Source: Acidobacteriota bacterium
Lineage (GTDB): Bacteria; Acidobacteriota; CAIWXX01
Length of the DNA stretch: 64,000 nt
Reading direction: 5' to 3'
Assembly: GCA_040755995.1 (NCBI GenBank)
Contig: JBFMAF010000016.1
Coordinates: forward strand, 67,172 to 131,171
Below the pieces are notes generated by a model. The model worked only from the letters and a program-made list of their open reading frames with translations, was not told the DNA's origin and did no database searches. Below are positions 8,359-17,320 of this stretch, piece after piece (positions within the stretch are counted from its first letter, which is position 1; each line of letters begins with the position of its first letter). The translations under genes were made by a program, and so were the position numbers.

Positions 8359-10569
8359 TCACCCGTGCAGGCGGTCGCGCCGGATTCCGGCGACTGCCAG
8401 ATGGATGACGAAGGCGACGAACAGGCGGACGTCGCGGACGAAGTTGTACGCGAAAAGAACAGGGTTTATTCGGAACACCTTCCCCCGCTTCAAATTGGCT
8501 ATGGTCCTGTCCCAAAAGCGCGCCAGCGGTTCTCGGCTGGTGGTCCGGGGCGAAACGACACGCACCGCCTGCCGAGTGGCAGACTTGACGAACGACGCAA
8601 GCTTGGCTTTCATCCTGCTCGCCGAGGTCGTGCAAGCCTTGAGTCTCTCCTGTACCTCGATCTGTTGTTGAATCGCAGAAATGTGCTCTGCGATCGACGT
8701 CAGCGCGCGCTTGGCGTCGAACTCGCGCATCCTCCTCAGCATCAAATCCAGGTGTTGCCGGAATTCCAAAGCATCCTTCCCCCTGAACTGGTGCAGAGTA
8801 TCGATGAGCCACTGGCGGGCGTCGCGGTAATCGATCCCGCGGATTTGGATGAGCAGATTGGCGACGCGGTGCTGGAGCTCCTTGACGAACTCGATTCTCT
8901 GCCACGCCTGGCGGCGCGTCTGCAGCCAGACCTCTTCCATCTCGAAGAGCAGCCGCCAGACGCCGCGAGCGTGGCGTATCCACTCCGGGATCCTGCGCTT
9001 CAAGTGCGCCCATCGCCCATCGACGGCGTACCCGGGCCGGCGATCCGTTCTGTCCTTGATCCGGAAGAAGCCCGAGATCATCGGATGCTGCCCGTCGATC
9101 AACGCGTTCTTGTACCAGAAGTAGTTCTTGAGGATGTCCCAGTACGTGCCGCGGTGCGCGCGGAACAGCACAGCCTCCATGTTCTTGGGGCCGTAGAAGC
9201 TCGCCCACGCCTCCCGGTACGTCCGTTCGAGCTCACCCGGCGGGAAGTTGGGATGAGGGAAGGTCTCGTGAAAGGAGTCGTATTTGTTGTGGTCCGAATC
9301 CATCGCATCACCGCGTTCGACCATTCTCTTGTGGTCGAGGGATCCCGGCAGCGGGACCAGGATGAAGAAGGAGGCCATGTCGACCTTGACCTCCTCCGCA
9401 AGCCGCCGCACATCCTCACGCACCGACTCCGGCGTGTCGTGCGGAAATCCGACGATGTATCCTACGTGGGTGAAGATGCCCGCATTGTGCCAGGCCGCGA
9501 TCAGGTTCTTGAAGTCCTCGACCTGGTTCTGCGTCTTGCCCACCGCCTCGAGATTCTTCGGATTGATGCTCTCCATGCCGATGAACACGTTCGAGCAGCC
9601 GGCCTCCTTCGCCTTCGCGATGAAGCCGGGGATCTTGTACGACTGCACGTCGACCTGCATCATGAACTGGAGCTTCATGCCCTCGTCGCGCCGGAGGCGG
9701 ACCAGCACGTCCATGATCGCCTCCCAGTTCTTGTTTCGGGCGAAGTTGTCATCGGTGAAGAAATAGAAGTTCACGCCCATGGCATGGTAGTCGTGCCGAA
9801 TCCGCTCCTCGATCAGCCCCGCGCTCCGATGCCGCATCTCTCGCCCCTGGACGTTGATGATCGTGCAAAAGCTGCAATCGAACGGGCAGCCACGCCCGGC
9901 ATCGATGGTGCCGAACTTGCGAAACACGAATCGCCTCATGTAGTCGGACGGAACCCTTGGGATCGGCTGGTGCGTCAAGTCGGGTTTCCGTTTGGAGAAA
10001 TCGTAGATCGGAGGGAGGCGATCGTGGAGCGCGTCACGCAGGATGGACTCCCACGAATCCTCCACCTCGCCCCTCACCAGCGTGACTCCCTGGTCAACCA
10101 GCACCTGCATGTGGTCCGGGAGATGCTCCATGAGCGCGAGCCAGCCGGAGACGTGAAATCCTCCAATCAGCACCGGCAGTCCGTGCGTCCTGAATCGAAG
10201 CGCGAGGTCGCTCGCACGCGGGAACTGGTTGGTCTGCACACCGGCAAGCGCGATGACCGTGAGGGTGTCCGATCGGCGCCGAGCCCTGCGAGCGATGGCA
10301 TCTACGTCGACCTTCTGCACGGTCTCGTCCAGGATCGTCATCTCGATCGATAGAGATTCGCCAAGCGCATGGCCGGTCCGCAGGTCGTCAGTGAGACTCG
10401 CGAGGCAGGCGAGCGTGTTGCTCGGCAACACCCCCCGCACGTACCGGATGACGTATCCGTCGTCGTCATACTTCGACGGCTTGATGAGATATACGTGCAG
10501 CCGCCGGATGCCCTGCCGCGCCTGGCCGTCGCTGCCCTCCGGGAGATGTCCCCCGCCTACTAACGGCAT
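8359..10569 (-). CDS. B12-binding-domain-type radical SAM protein with long helical C-terminal extension
   Basis: GRGCPFDCSFC CxxxCxxC motif, FFTDDNF, VFIGMESIN, N-terminal LIKPSKYDDDGYVI; start uncertain (10569 chosen; track 10722). Confidence 0.85.
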   Translation of the reverse strand: MPLVGGGHLPEGSDGQARQGIRRLHVYLIKPSKYDDDGYVIRYVRGVLPSNTLACLASLTDDLRTGHALGESLSIEMTILDETVQKVDVDAIARRARRRSDTLTVIALAGVQTNQFPRASDLALRFRTHGLPVLIGGFHVSGWLALMEHLPDHMQVLVDQGVTLVRGEVEDSWESILRDALHDRLPPIYDFSKRKPDLTHQPIPRVPSDYMRRFVFRKFGTIDAGRGCPFDCSFCTIINVQGREMRHRSAGLIEERIRHDYHAMGVNFYFFTDDNFARNKNWEAIMDVLVRLRRDEGMKLQFMMQVDVQSYKIPGFIAKAKEAGCSNVFIGMESINPKNLEAVGKTQNQVEDFKNLIAAWHNAGIFTHVGYIVGFPHDTPESVREDVRRLAEEVKVDMASFFILVPLPGSLDHKRMVERGDAMDSDHNKYDSFHETFPHPNFPPGELERTYREAWASFYGPKNMEAVLFRAHRGTYWDILKNYFWYKNALIDGQHPMISGFFRIKDRTDRRPGYAVDGRWAHLKRRIPEWIRHARGVWRLLFEMEEVWLQTRRQAWQRIEFVKELQHRVANLLIQIRGIDYRDARQWLIDTLHQFRGKDALEFRQHLDLMLRRMREFDAKRALTSIAEHISAIQQQIEVQERLKACTTSASRMKAKLASFVKSATRQAVRVVSPRTTSREPLARFWDRTIANLKRGKVFRINPVLFAYNFVRDVRLFVAFVIHLAVAGIRRDRLHG

Positions 10570-10780
10570 GTCCGTATTGTGATCGGCCTTTACGCCGATG
10601 TCAATAGAAGCTGCACAATTCCTATCCTGGTGCAGCGTTCTTGAAACCGTGGATGCTGCGTGAACGCGAATCGATACTTCACCGGCGGTCCCTTCAGCCA
10701 ACGCCGTCCGCCCCAAGCGCAAAGACCGCCGATTCGCGTCGGGGTCCGGGAGGCGAGATCGAATATCTCTGCCAGGCCCC

Positions 10781-10827
10781 TTGACAAACCGTGCGTCCTG
10801 CTTTATATTCCTAGTGTTGAAGTAGGA
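10781..10827 (+). promoter_or_regulatory. Sigma70-type promoter and possible Rrf2 operator
   Basis: TTGACA (10781-10786), 17 bp, TATATT (10804-10809); TCCTA-N9-TAGGA inverted repeat at 10809-10827. Confidence 0.65.
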
Positions 10828-10832
10828 TAAGG

Positions 10833-11273
10833 ATGCTGAATGTAAGCTATCGCACAGAATACGCCATACGGGCGCTGGTGACGCTTGCTGAGCACTGGGA
10901 GAAACCGCCGGTGGGTCTGAGCCGCATCGCCGTGCAGAAGGATGTTTCGTTCAAGTACCTCGAGCAGCTCATGATGGCTCTTCGGAAGGCCGGCTTGGTG
11001 AAGGCGATGCGAGGCAGGACGGGCGGCTACAGTCTCACTCGGCCGCCCGCAGCGATCACGCTGGCAGAGGTGCTTGACGTGCTTGAAGGACCGGTGCAGA
11101 TAAGGGACTGCGCTCCCAGCGATCACGCGTGCAAATTCTCAAAAGACTGCTTGGTGAAGTATCTGTGGAGAGAGATGGAACGCTCGCTCGTGACAATTCT
11201 GAAAAACCGAACCCTGGCCGACCTCGTGCCGGGAAACGGTAACAAAGCGCGTGCGGGCGTGGCGAAGGCTTAG
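10833..11273 (+). CDS. Rrf2 family transcriptional regulator (IscR/CymR-like, three Cys)
   Basis: YAIRAL, SFKYLEQLM..LRKAGLV, RGRTGGYSL, C-x6-C-x5-C. Confidence 0.92.
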   Translation: MLNVSYRTEYAIRALVTLAEHWEKPPVGLSRIAVQKDVSFKYLEQLMMALRKAGLVKAMRGRTGGYSLTRPPAAITLAEVLDVLEGPVQIRDCAPSDHACKFSKDCLVKYLWREMERSLVTILKNRTLADLVPGNGNKARAGVAKA

Positions 11274-11700
11274 CGGGCATCGAACACGGGTAGCGGAGCG
11301 GAGCTGTGATGGAAGGGTGGAGGACGGGTGACAAGGCGTCACGAGGTATTAGATTACAACTTGTTTCGAAGGGTGAAAGCGAGGGGTTCGGATGACCCCA
11401 CTGCCCCTGGGTGGTGGTCCGGGTCACCAACGGGCGTTGGATGATTAGAAACAGGGCACCATCCGGAAATCCGAGTCCCCTCGCTGGATCCCATAACGAA
11501 TCTAGCACATTCTTCCCATAAAGGGAATAGCCGCTGGCTCTGCGGCTCTGCGGTCCTGCAGGCGCGCAACGGATTTGGGGGGCGACGACTCTTACCCATC
11601 AATGCGCGCGCTTACCGGCTCGCTTACCCGAGTAGAGCAGGACGGGTACGGTTACGAGTCGAGGCCTCGCCAGATCCGTCAGGCACCCTGGTGAAGCCGC

Positions 11701-12066
11701 TCAATACGCCTTCGGTCGGAGATTCACAAACAGGGACAGACAGAGCGCAGCGAAGAAAACCGCGCAAGTCAACGCATCCACAGCGCCAGGATCGGTATTG
11801 GCGCCCGTGACGGAGTCAATCATCAGCTTCACGAAGGAAGCCGGTGTCGCTGCCAGCCCCAGTTTCTCGCGAACCTGCCAGTGCCAGTCAGTCCAGAAGC
11901 AGTAGCCCAAGCCGAAGCAGAGTCCGAGCCCGAACCACGAGAATGCGATGACCAGCAGGAGGATGAGATGAACCTTGCGGGTCCTCCGGAAGGCCCACCC
12001 TGCAAGGACGAACACGATCATGCAGACGTGAGACGCGAAGAAGAAGTAGTCAAGAAGGCGGTACAA
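11701..12066 (-). CDS. DUF2784-like membrane protein
   Basis: GGAG RBS plus TTG at 12066; hydrophobic helices with GYCFWTDWHWQVR motif. Confidence 0.7.
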   Translation of the reverse strand: MYRLLDYFFFASHVCMIVFVLAGWAFRRTRKVHLILLLVIAFSWFGLGLCFGLGYCFWTDWHWQVREKLGLAATPASFVKLMIDSVTGANTDPGAVDALTCAVFFAALCLSLFVNLRPKAY

Positions 12067-12377
12067 GAATACTCCCGACCTTCGAGGAGGATATGTGCGA
12101 GGCAACGTCGAGTCAAGCGCGCGCGGCCGACCGGGCCACCCGCAGATCTGGCGGCTGCCAGATGTCAGAATACCGGCGTACACCGATTGATTTTCATCTG
12201 CGTAATCTACCTGAATCTGCGCGATCTGCGGATTCCCCTCCGCGCGTCGCCATGGACCCCCCAACTTTCGATGGATGCACTCGGCGGAGCACAGTCGATT
12301 GCGCCGGCACTGATGTCGCTGATAGAATCGCGGCGTCGTTGGCAATCTACGGAGATCGCAATCGGAGGAACAACCCC

Positions 12378-12764
12378 ATGCCACTGGCAATTGACGTAGT
12401 GAGGGCGTCGAGTCCGGGGGGTCCGACCGTCACGGTCGCGCTTCGCGGGCGGCTCGACTCAGACACCGCTCCACAACTGGAAGCGGCGTTGAAACCCGTG
12501 CTGGAGTCCTATGTAAGGCACGTCATCTTCGACCTCGCGGAGCTCCAGTTCATCAGCAGCGCCGGGATTCGCGTCTTCATTCTGGCGCGCAAGCAGCTGA
12601 AGCCCCCGGACTGCACGCTCTCCATGAAGAACCTCCAGCCGCAGATCGCGAAGGTGTTCGAGATCATCAAGGCCGTGCCGGGCTTTCAGATCTTCAAGGA
12701 TCAGGCAGAGCTCGACGAGTACCTTGCGGCGATGCAGGAGAAGTACACCAGGCCGGGAGAATAG
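12378..12764 (+). CDS. STAS-domain anti-sigma factor antagonist
   Basis: LRGRLDSDTAPQL, FDLAELQFISSAGIR; GGAGG RBS before ATG 12378. Confidence 0.9.
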   Translation: MPLAIDVVRASSPGGPTVTVALRGRLDSDTAPQLEAALKPVLESYVRHVIFDLAELQFISSAGIRVFILARKQLKPPDCTLSMKNLQPQIAKVFEIIKAVPGFQIFKDQAELDEYLAAMQEKYTRPGE

Positions 12765-12770
12765 TGCAGG

Positions 12771-12816
12771 TCGAGCCCGAGGGCCGCGGCAGAGCCCGTT
12801 AGCGGCCGGGGCTCGA
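12771..12816. terminator. GC-rich hairpin between convergent genes
   Basis: tcgagccc/gggctcga and ggccgc/gcggcc arms; no U-tract. Confidence 0.4.
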
Positions 12817-12820
12817 GGGA

Positions 12821-13975
12821 TCAGTCCAGGGCTTGCGCGAAGTCGTTTATCAGGTCCTCCACGGCCTCGATGCCGGTAGAGACGCGGACAAGTGAATCAC
12901 TGACACCCATGCGACGGCGCGCTTCGGGCGACAGGCCGGCGTGCGACGTGGTGGCCGGACGGGTGATCAGCGTTTCCACACCGCCCAGGCTGGGCGCCTG
13001 GATCGGGATCCTCGCGCGCGAAATGAATCGTTCGGCTGCTTCGAGCCCGCCGCGCAGCTCGAAGCTCAGCATACCGCCGAAGAGGTCAAAGAGCCGGCTG
13101 GCCCGCGCGTGTCGCGGGTGGCTCTCGAGGCCCGGGTAGCGCACCTCTGCGACGGCGGGATGCTGCGCTAGGAAGCGCGCAATGCGCCCGGCGCTTTCGC
13201 TCTGGCAGCGCACGCGCAACGCAAGGGTCTTGAGGCCTCGCTGCAACAGGAATGCCGCGTGCGGGTCCAGCGAGCCGCCCAGGTGGTTCAGCCGGTGCTT
13301 GATCCTCTCTACGAGCCGAGCGCTGCCGATCACCGCCCCCGCGACGATGTCGGAATGCCCGTTGAGGTACTTGGTGCAGCTGTGGACCGACAGGTCGAAT
13401 CCGCGCTCGACTGGACGGAAGCCAACGGGTGTCGCGAAGGTGTTGTCGATGATTGACACCAGACCGTGCTCGCGTGCGAAGGAAACCACGGCTTCGAGGT
13501 CGGCGACGTCGAGCAGCGGGTTGGTCATGGTCTCGACGTAGACGGCCTTCGAGTTCGGCCTGAGGGCGTCTTTCCAGCTCTCTTTGTCGTCGCAGTCGAT
13601 GACCGAGTATGACAGGCCGAAACCGGCGAAGTCTTCGGTGATGAAACTGTGTGTGCCGCCGTAAAGGCAATTCTGGGCGAGGAGATGGTCGCCGGCTGAG
13701 AGCACTGTCAAGAGCGTTGTCGTGATGGCAGCCATGCCGCTGGCGGTCACAAGGGCCGCGTCGGCACCCTCCAGCGCTGCAAGCTTCGCGTGCAGGGCGA
13801 GGTGATTGGGCGTGTTGTTCAGCCGGATGTAGCGTAGATCGTCGTAGCTCGATTGCCCTTGGTACTCGTATGTGGAGCTCTGGAAGATCGGCATGCTCAC
13901 CGCGCCGTGGATGCGCGGCCTCGGTTCTCCCTCGTGAATCAGCTTCGTCTCCAGCCGTCGTTGCGATTTCTCCAT
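12821..13975 (-). CDS. PLP-dependent trans-sulfuration enzyme (cystathionine gamma-synthase/lyase family)
   Basis: ASGMAAI, YGGT, ETMTNP, DNTFATP, HSCTKYLNGHSD, SLGGVETL. Confidence 0.93.
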   Translation of the reverse strand: MEKSQRRLETKLIHEGEPRPRIHGAVSMPIFQSSTYEYQGQSSYDDLRYIRLNNTPNHLALHAKLAALEGADAALVTASGMAAITTTLLTVLSAGDHLLAQNCLYGGTHSFITEDFAGFGLSYSVIDCDDKESWKDALRPNSKAVYVETMTNPLLDVADLEAVVSFAREHGLVSIIDNTFATPVGFRPVERGFDLSVHSCTKYLNGHSDIVAGAVIGSARLVERIKHRLNHLGGSLDPHAAFLLQRGLKTLALRVRCQSESAGRIARFLAQHPAVAEVRYPGLESHPRHARASRLFDLFGGMLSFELRGGLEAAERFISRARIPIQAPSLGGVETLITRPATTSHAGLSPEARRRMGVSDSLVRVSTGIEAVEDLINDFAQALD

Positions 13976-14128
13976 TGTTCCTCCTACTGGCCCGCCGATC
14001 ATCTAGCGAAGCAGCCTGCCCGTCAAGCGTCCGAGACGGGCCGAGATCAACGCCGGATCGTGGGCGCCCTTCCCGCTCGTCGAATTCGCCCGCTGGCCAG
14101 CGTCGCGATGCTGCGCGGGCCACGTGGC

Positions 14129-14431
14129 TCAGTCCACTTTCACGTACACAGGCGAGCTTGTGGATCGCACGGTGACGTTGCCCGACGCGTCTGCTTGCAG
14201 TGTCGTCGTTCCCGTTCCGAGCATGTCCGTCTTCGTGGCTTGACTCGCAGGAGCTATGTTGATCTTCACGTTCCGCTCGACCACTTGCTTGAGCCTCGGC
14301 GGGTCGGACTGATCGAGGCTGCTCATCAGCCCGAAGTCCTCCGGGAGGCGCGTCTTGCTGAACAGCTCATAGTAAACCCACCCTCTTAGATTCAAATCCG
14401 GAGTGCGAGCGACGATGAAGGTCTCCGCCAC
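14129..14431 (-). pseudogene. Probable 3' fragment of a secreted protein gene
   Basis: Coding-like codon usage, ends NVTVRSTSSPVYVKVD; no clear RBS or N-terminus. Confidence 0.35.
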
Positions 14432-14496
14432 CTGTTCAGCGTGCGTGCTGGGTGATGTTCTCTGTGTCTGGATTAGAGTGCTGCAGAAGCCCGTCC

Positions 14497-15864
14497 TCAG
14501 CGCTCGGAGGCAGACGGCTCGTAAGCTCCCATGTCATGAACCGCGACGCCGTCGCCGTCGCCGTCCTGGGGTCGAGGACTTCCCTCGAAGTCGAACGACG
14601 GCGCCCGCGATGGAGATCCGCTGTCCCTCGCTCGGGAAGCAGCTTTCAGGTGAAAATCTCTTCTAGCGGGGTTCACGAACTGGGGATCCGCCTCGACGTA
14701 GTCGGTCCCACGGACCTCGGTCTCCTCGCCCGTGTACCTGTCGATCAAGTTGTGGTCCACGGTAACCTGGCTCTGCGGCGCGCTGACTGCAATCTGGAAT
14801 GCAGAGTTCTTGCTGCAGATGTTATTTCGGACGACGATGGCCTTCAGATCCGGATTGGGGCATGTAATTCCCCCGCCCCATGGGATGCCGTTCCCCCAGG
14901 TCGTGTTGTTGATGATCTCGATTCGCCGGACGGGTCGAGACGGTCCGGCTCCATAGTCGGAGAGCTCAATGCCACAGTAGCCGTTCCGATAGACGATGTT
15001 GTTGTAGATGCGGACGTCCTCGTTGACACCGCCCATCTCGGATGCCACCGTGATTCCGCTGTCTTTTATCACGTCGTGGACCCGATTGCCGTAGATCTCG
15101 ATGTGGTGAGTGCGGTTCTCCCATGCGTCCACGTAGATCCCGACCGCCGTTGTGTGGTGCACATCGTTGCCATATACCTTCCCGTACGATGAGCCGTCCT
15201 TGACGCAGATCCCCTCTTTCTCCACACTCCTGGGCACATGATGGACGTGGTTGTTCCGGACCTGGAACCTCGTGGTGCCCACGATGGAAATAGACTCCTG
15301 CATGCCTCCCGAGCACGCCTTCGACACGTCGTTGCCGTCTACGTCGATGTCCGAGCACGACCAGACCCCGATGCCGGACGATACGGTCTTCAAGGTGCGA
15401 TTCTGCGAGAGCGTGATGTAGCTGGAATCCTGCACGTAGAAGCCGGCGTACCCGGCGTTTGCGATCTTGAGCCCCGAAGCGACTATGTAACGCTTGCCCA
15501 GGACGTAGAAGAGGCCCTCGTCTTCCGGCACATGGATCCCTCTTCCGTCCAGCAGCGGAGCCTCGCCGGGGTACGCGGCGTAAGTGATCAGGCTGCTTGC
15601 GCCGTTGCCTGAGTTCCGTGGCAGCACCCTTGTCCGATACGTTCCCGCTCGTATGTACACCGTGTCTCCCGCAGCGAGCGTATCGGCCGCCTTCTGGATT
15701 GTGCGCCAAGGACTCGAGATGGTGCCAGGATTAGAATCGTTGCCATTCACCGACACGTAGAATTCCCCCGCTCTCGATGGCGCTGCAAAGGTCGCGGCAC
15801 AGATCGCAACGCCGAATGCGATCATCATCGGAGCAGGCCTCGCCGAAAGCCTAGCGTGATTCAT
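14497..15864 (-). CDS. Secreted right-handed beta-helix (pectin lyase-like) protein with choice-of-anchor Q-like tail
   Basis: YVSVNGNDSNPGTISSPWRTIQKAA, GDTVYIRAGTY, repeated I.IYNN/GN strands, DPQFVN...DFHL...DMGAYE. Confidence 0.88.
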   Translation of the reverse strand: MNHARLSARPAPMMIAFGVAICAATFAAPSRAGEFYVSVNGNDSNPGTISSPWRTIQKAADTLAAGDTVYIRAGTYRTRVLPRNSGNGASSLITYAAYPGEAPLLDGRGIHVPEDEGLFYVLGKRYIVASGLKIANAGYAGFYVQDSSYITLSQNRTLKTVSSGIGVWSCSDIDVDGNDVSKACSGGMQESISIVGTTRFQVRNNHVHHVPRSVEKEGICVKDGSSYGKVYGNDVHHTTAVGIYVDAWENRTHHIEIYGNRVHDVIKDSGITVASEMGGVNEDVRIYNNIVYRNGYCGIELSDYGAGPSRPVRRIEIINNTTWGNGIPWGGGITCPNPDLKAIVVRNNICSKNSAFQIAVSAPQSQVTVDHNLIDRYTGEETEVRGTDYVEADPQFVNPARRDFHLKAASRARDSGSPSRAPSFDFEGSPRPQDGDGDGVAVHDMGAYEPSASER

Positions 15865-17032
15865 GGCTCTCCCCTCCATCGAAGGTCCGAAACGATTCGT
15901 CGCCCGCATGCCTCCCGCGACTCTCCAGAACCCGGCCCAGGACCTCCAGCGCATCCGGAAAAGACCGCCGTCCCAGGCCAATCCGAAAATGCCGGCCGGG
16001 CATGTCGAACATCGATCCCGGCACAACCAGGACATCCTGCGATTCCAGCGCGTGATGGCAGAATTCCTCGACCGGCTCGGGCCCAACCCAGCGCGGGAAC
16101 GCCGTTGATCCGGCCCGAGGCGGAACCCAGCTGAAGAGTGCCGGATGCCGGGAGAAGAACAGGGTGGCATGGACAATGTTGCTTTGAATAATCGCCAGAT
16201 TGCGTGCGGTGATCCGTTTTCCCGCGCGCAACGCCATCAGCGCCAGCACCTCGCTCGGCGCGCTGTGACAGATCGTCGTGTAGTCCTTGAGCTTCAGCCA
16301 CTGAGCCATGAGGTCGCGCGATTGCGTGGCGAGCCACCCGATGCGCAGCCCCGCGAGACCCTGAGTCTTCGATAGCCCCGAAAGCGAGACGCCTCTCTCG
16401 AAAATCTCGGCGACAGCCGGCAGACGCTGAGACGAGCTGTACTCGAGGCCGCGGTACATCTCGTCGGAGAAGACGCAAAGGTCGTGCTTGCGCGCGAGAG
16501 GCAGGACTGCATCGAGGACCTCACGCCGGGGCAGATAGCCTGTCGGGTTATGCGGAAAGTTGATGATGAGCAGCCGAGTCCGCGGAGCGAGGAGGCGCGC
16601 GAGATGGTCGATGTCCGCCTCCCAGCCCGCCTCGCTCTCCACCATCGGCCACAACGCCACCTCGCACCCGATTCCGCGCGCGATCTCGTGGAGCGACTGG
16701 TATGCGGGTGCTATAGCGACGACGCGATCCCCCGGCCTGAGCAAACTGAGCATGGCGATGAAGATGCCCTCTTCGGGCGTCAGAACCAAGATGCTCTCCG
16801 CTGAGAGCGCGGGATACAGCCGGGCGATCTCGGCGCGCAGCACCGGATGCCCCTGCGACTCGGTGTAGCCCAGCGTCAGGTTCTCCCACAGTGCCCGGCA
16901 CTCATCGTCGGACAAAGCGAGCAGCTCACGTTGGCTCAGACTCTCGCAATCGGAGGGGCTCAAAAAATAGCGGGCCCTGAACTCATGCTCCGCAAGGAAG
17001 CGTTCGAGCTTGAAGGGATTCAAATCCTGCAT
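15851..17032 (-). CDS. Class I/II PLP aminotransferase-fold enzyme
   Basis: LGYTESQG, INFPHNPTG, FSDEMYRGL, SGLSKTQGLAGLRIGW. Confidence 0.9.
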   Translation of the reverse strand: MQDLNPFKLERFLAEHEFRARYFLSPSDCESLSQRELLALSDDECRALWENLTLGYTESQGHPVLRAEIARLYPALSAESILVLTPEEGIFIAMLSLLRPGDRVVAIAPAYQSLHEIARGIGCEVALWPMVESEAGWEADIDHLARLLAPRTRLLIINFPHNPTGYLPRREVLDAVLPLARKHDLCVFSDEMYRGLEYSSSQRLPAVAEIFERGVSLSGLSKTQGLAGLRIGWLATQSRDLMAQWLKLKDYTTICHSAPSEVLALMALRAGKRITARNLAIIQSNIVHATLFFSRHPALFSWVPPRAGSTAFPRWVGPEPVEEFCHHALESQDVLVVPGSMFDMPGRHFRIGLGRRSFPDALEVLGRVLESRGRHAGDESFRTFDGGESHESR

Positions 17033-17320
17033 GATGGAATCCTACCGGATACCGAGGCAGGTCTCAACGCACCTATGCCATCCGTCCGACGTGTACATGC
17101 ATTTCGCGGTTCGACTTTGGAAGCCTCGCAGTTGTCATAGAGCGCATGGCGGGCACCCGGCCGAGGGCGTGAGCCCAGTTCGCCGACTGAGCAGCCCGCC
17201 ACGCTGGATCGCCCCGGGTCCAGCCGTGTGATCCGCGTCACACCCGACTGGACGCGGTGCCGGGAGCGGCCTACAATTCCTAGTAGGGGAGTAGGAATTG
17301 AACCTGAACAGAAGGACCGA

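Noticed and set aside
8095..10353. 752-aa plus-strand ORF
   Set aside because: Antisense shadow of the radical SAM gene in high-GC DNA; no motifs.
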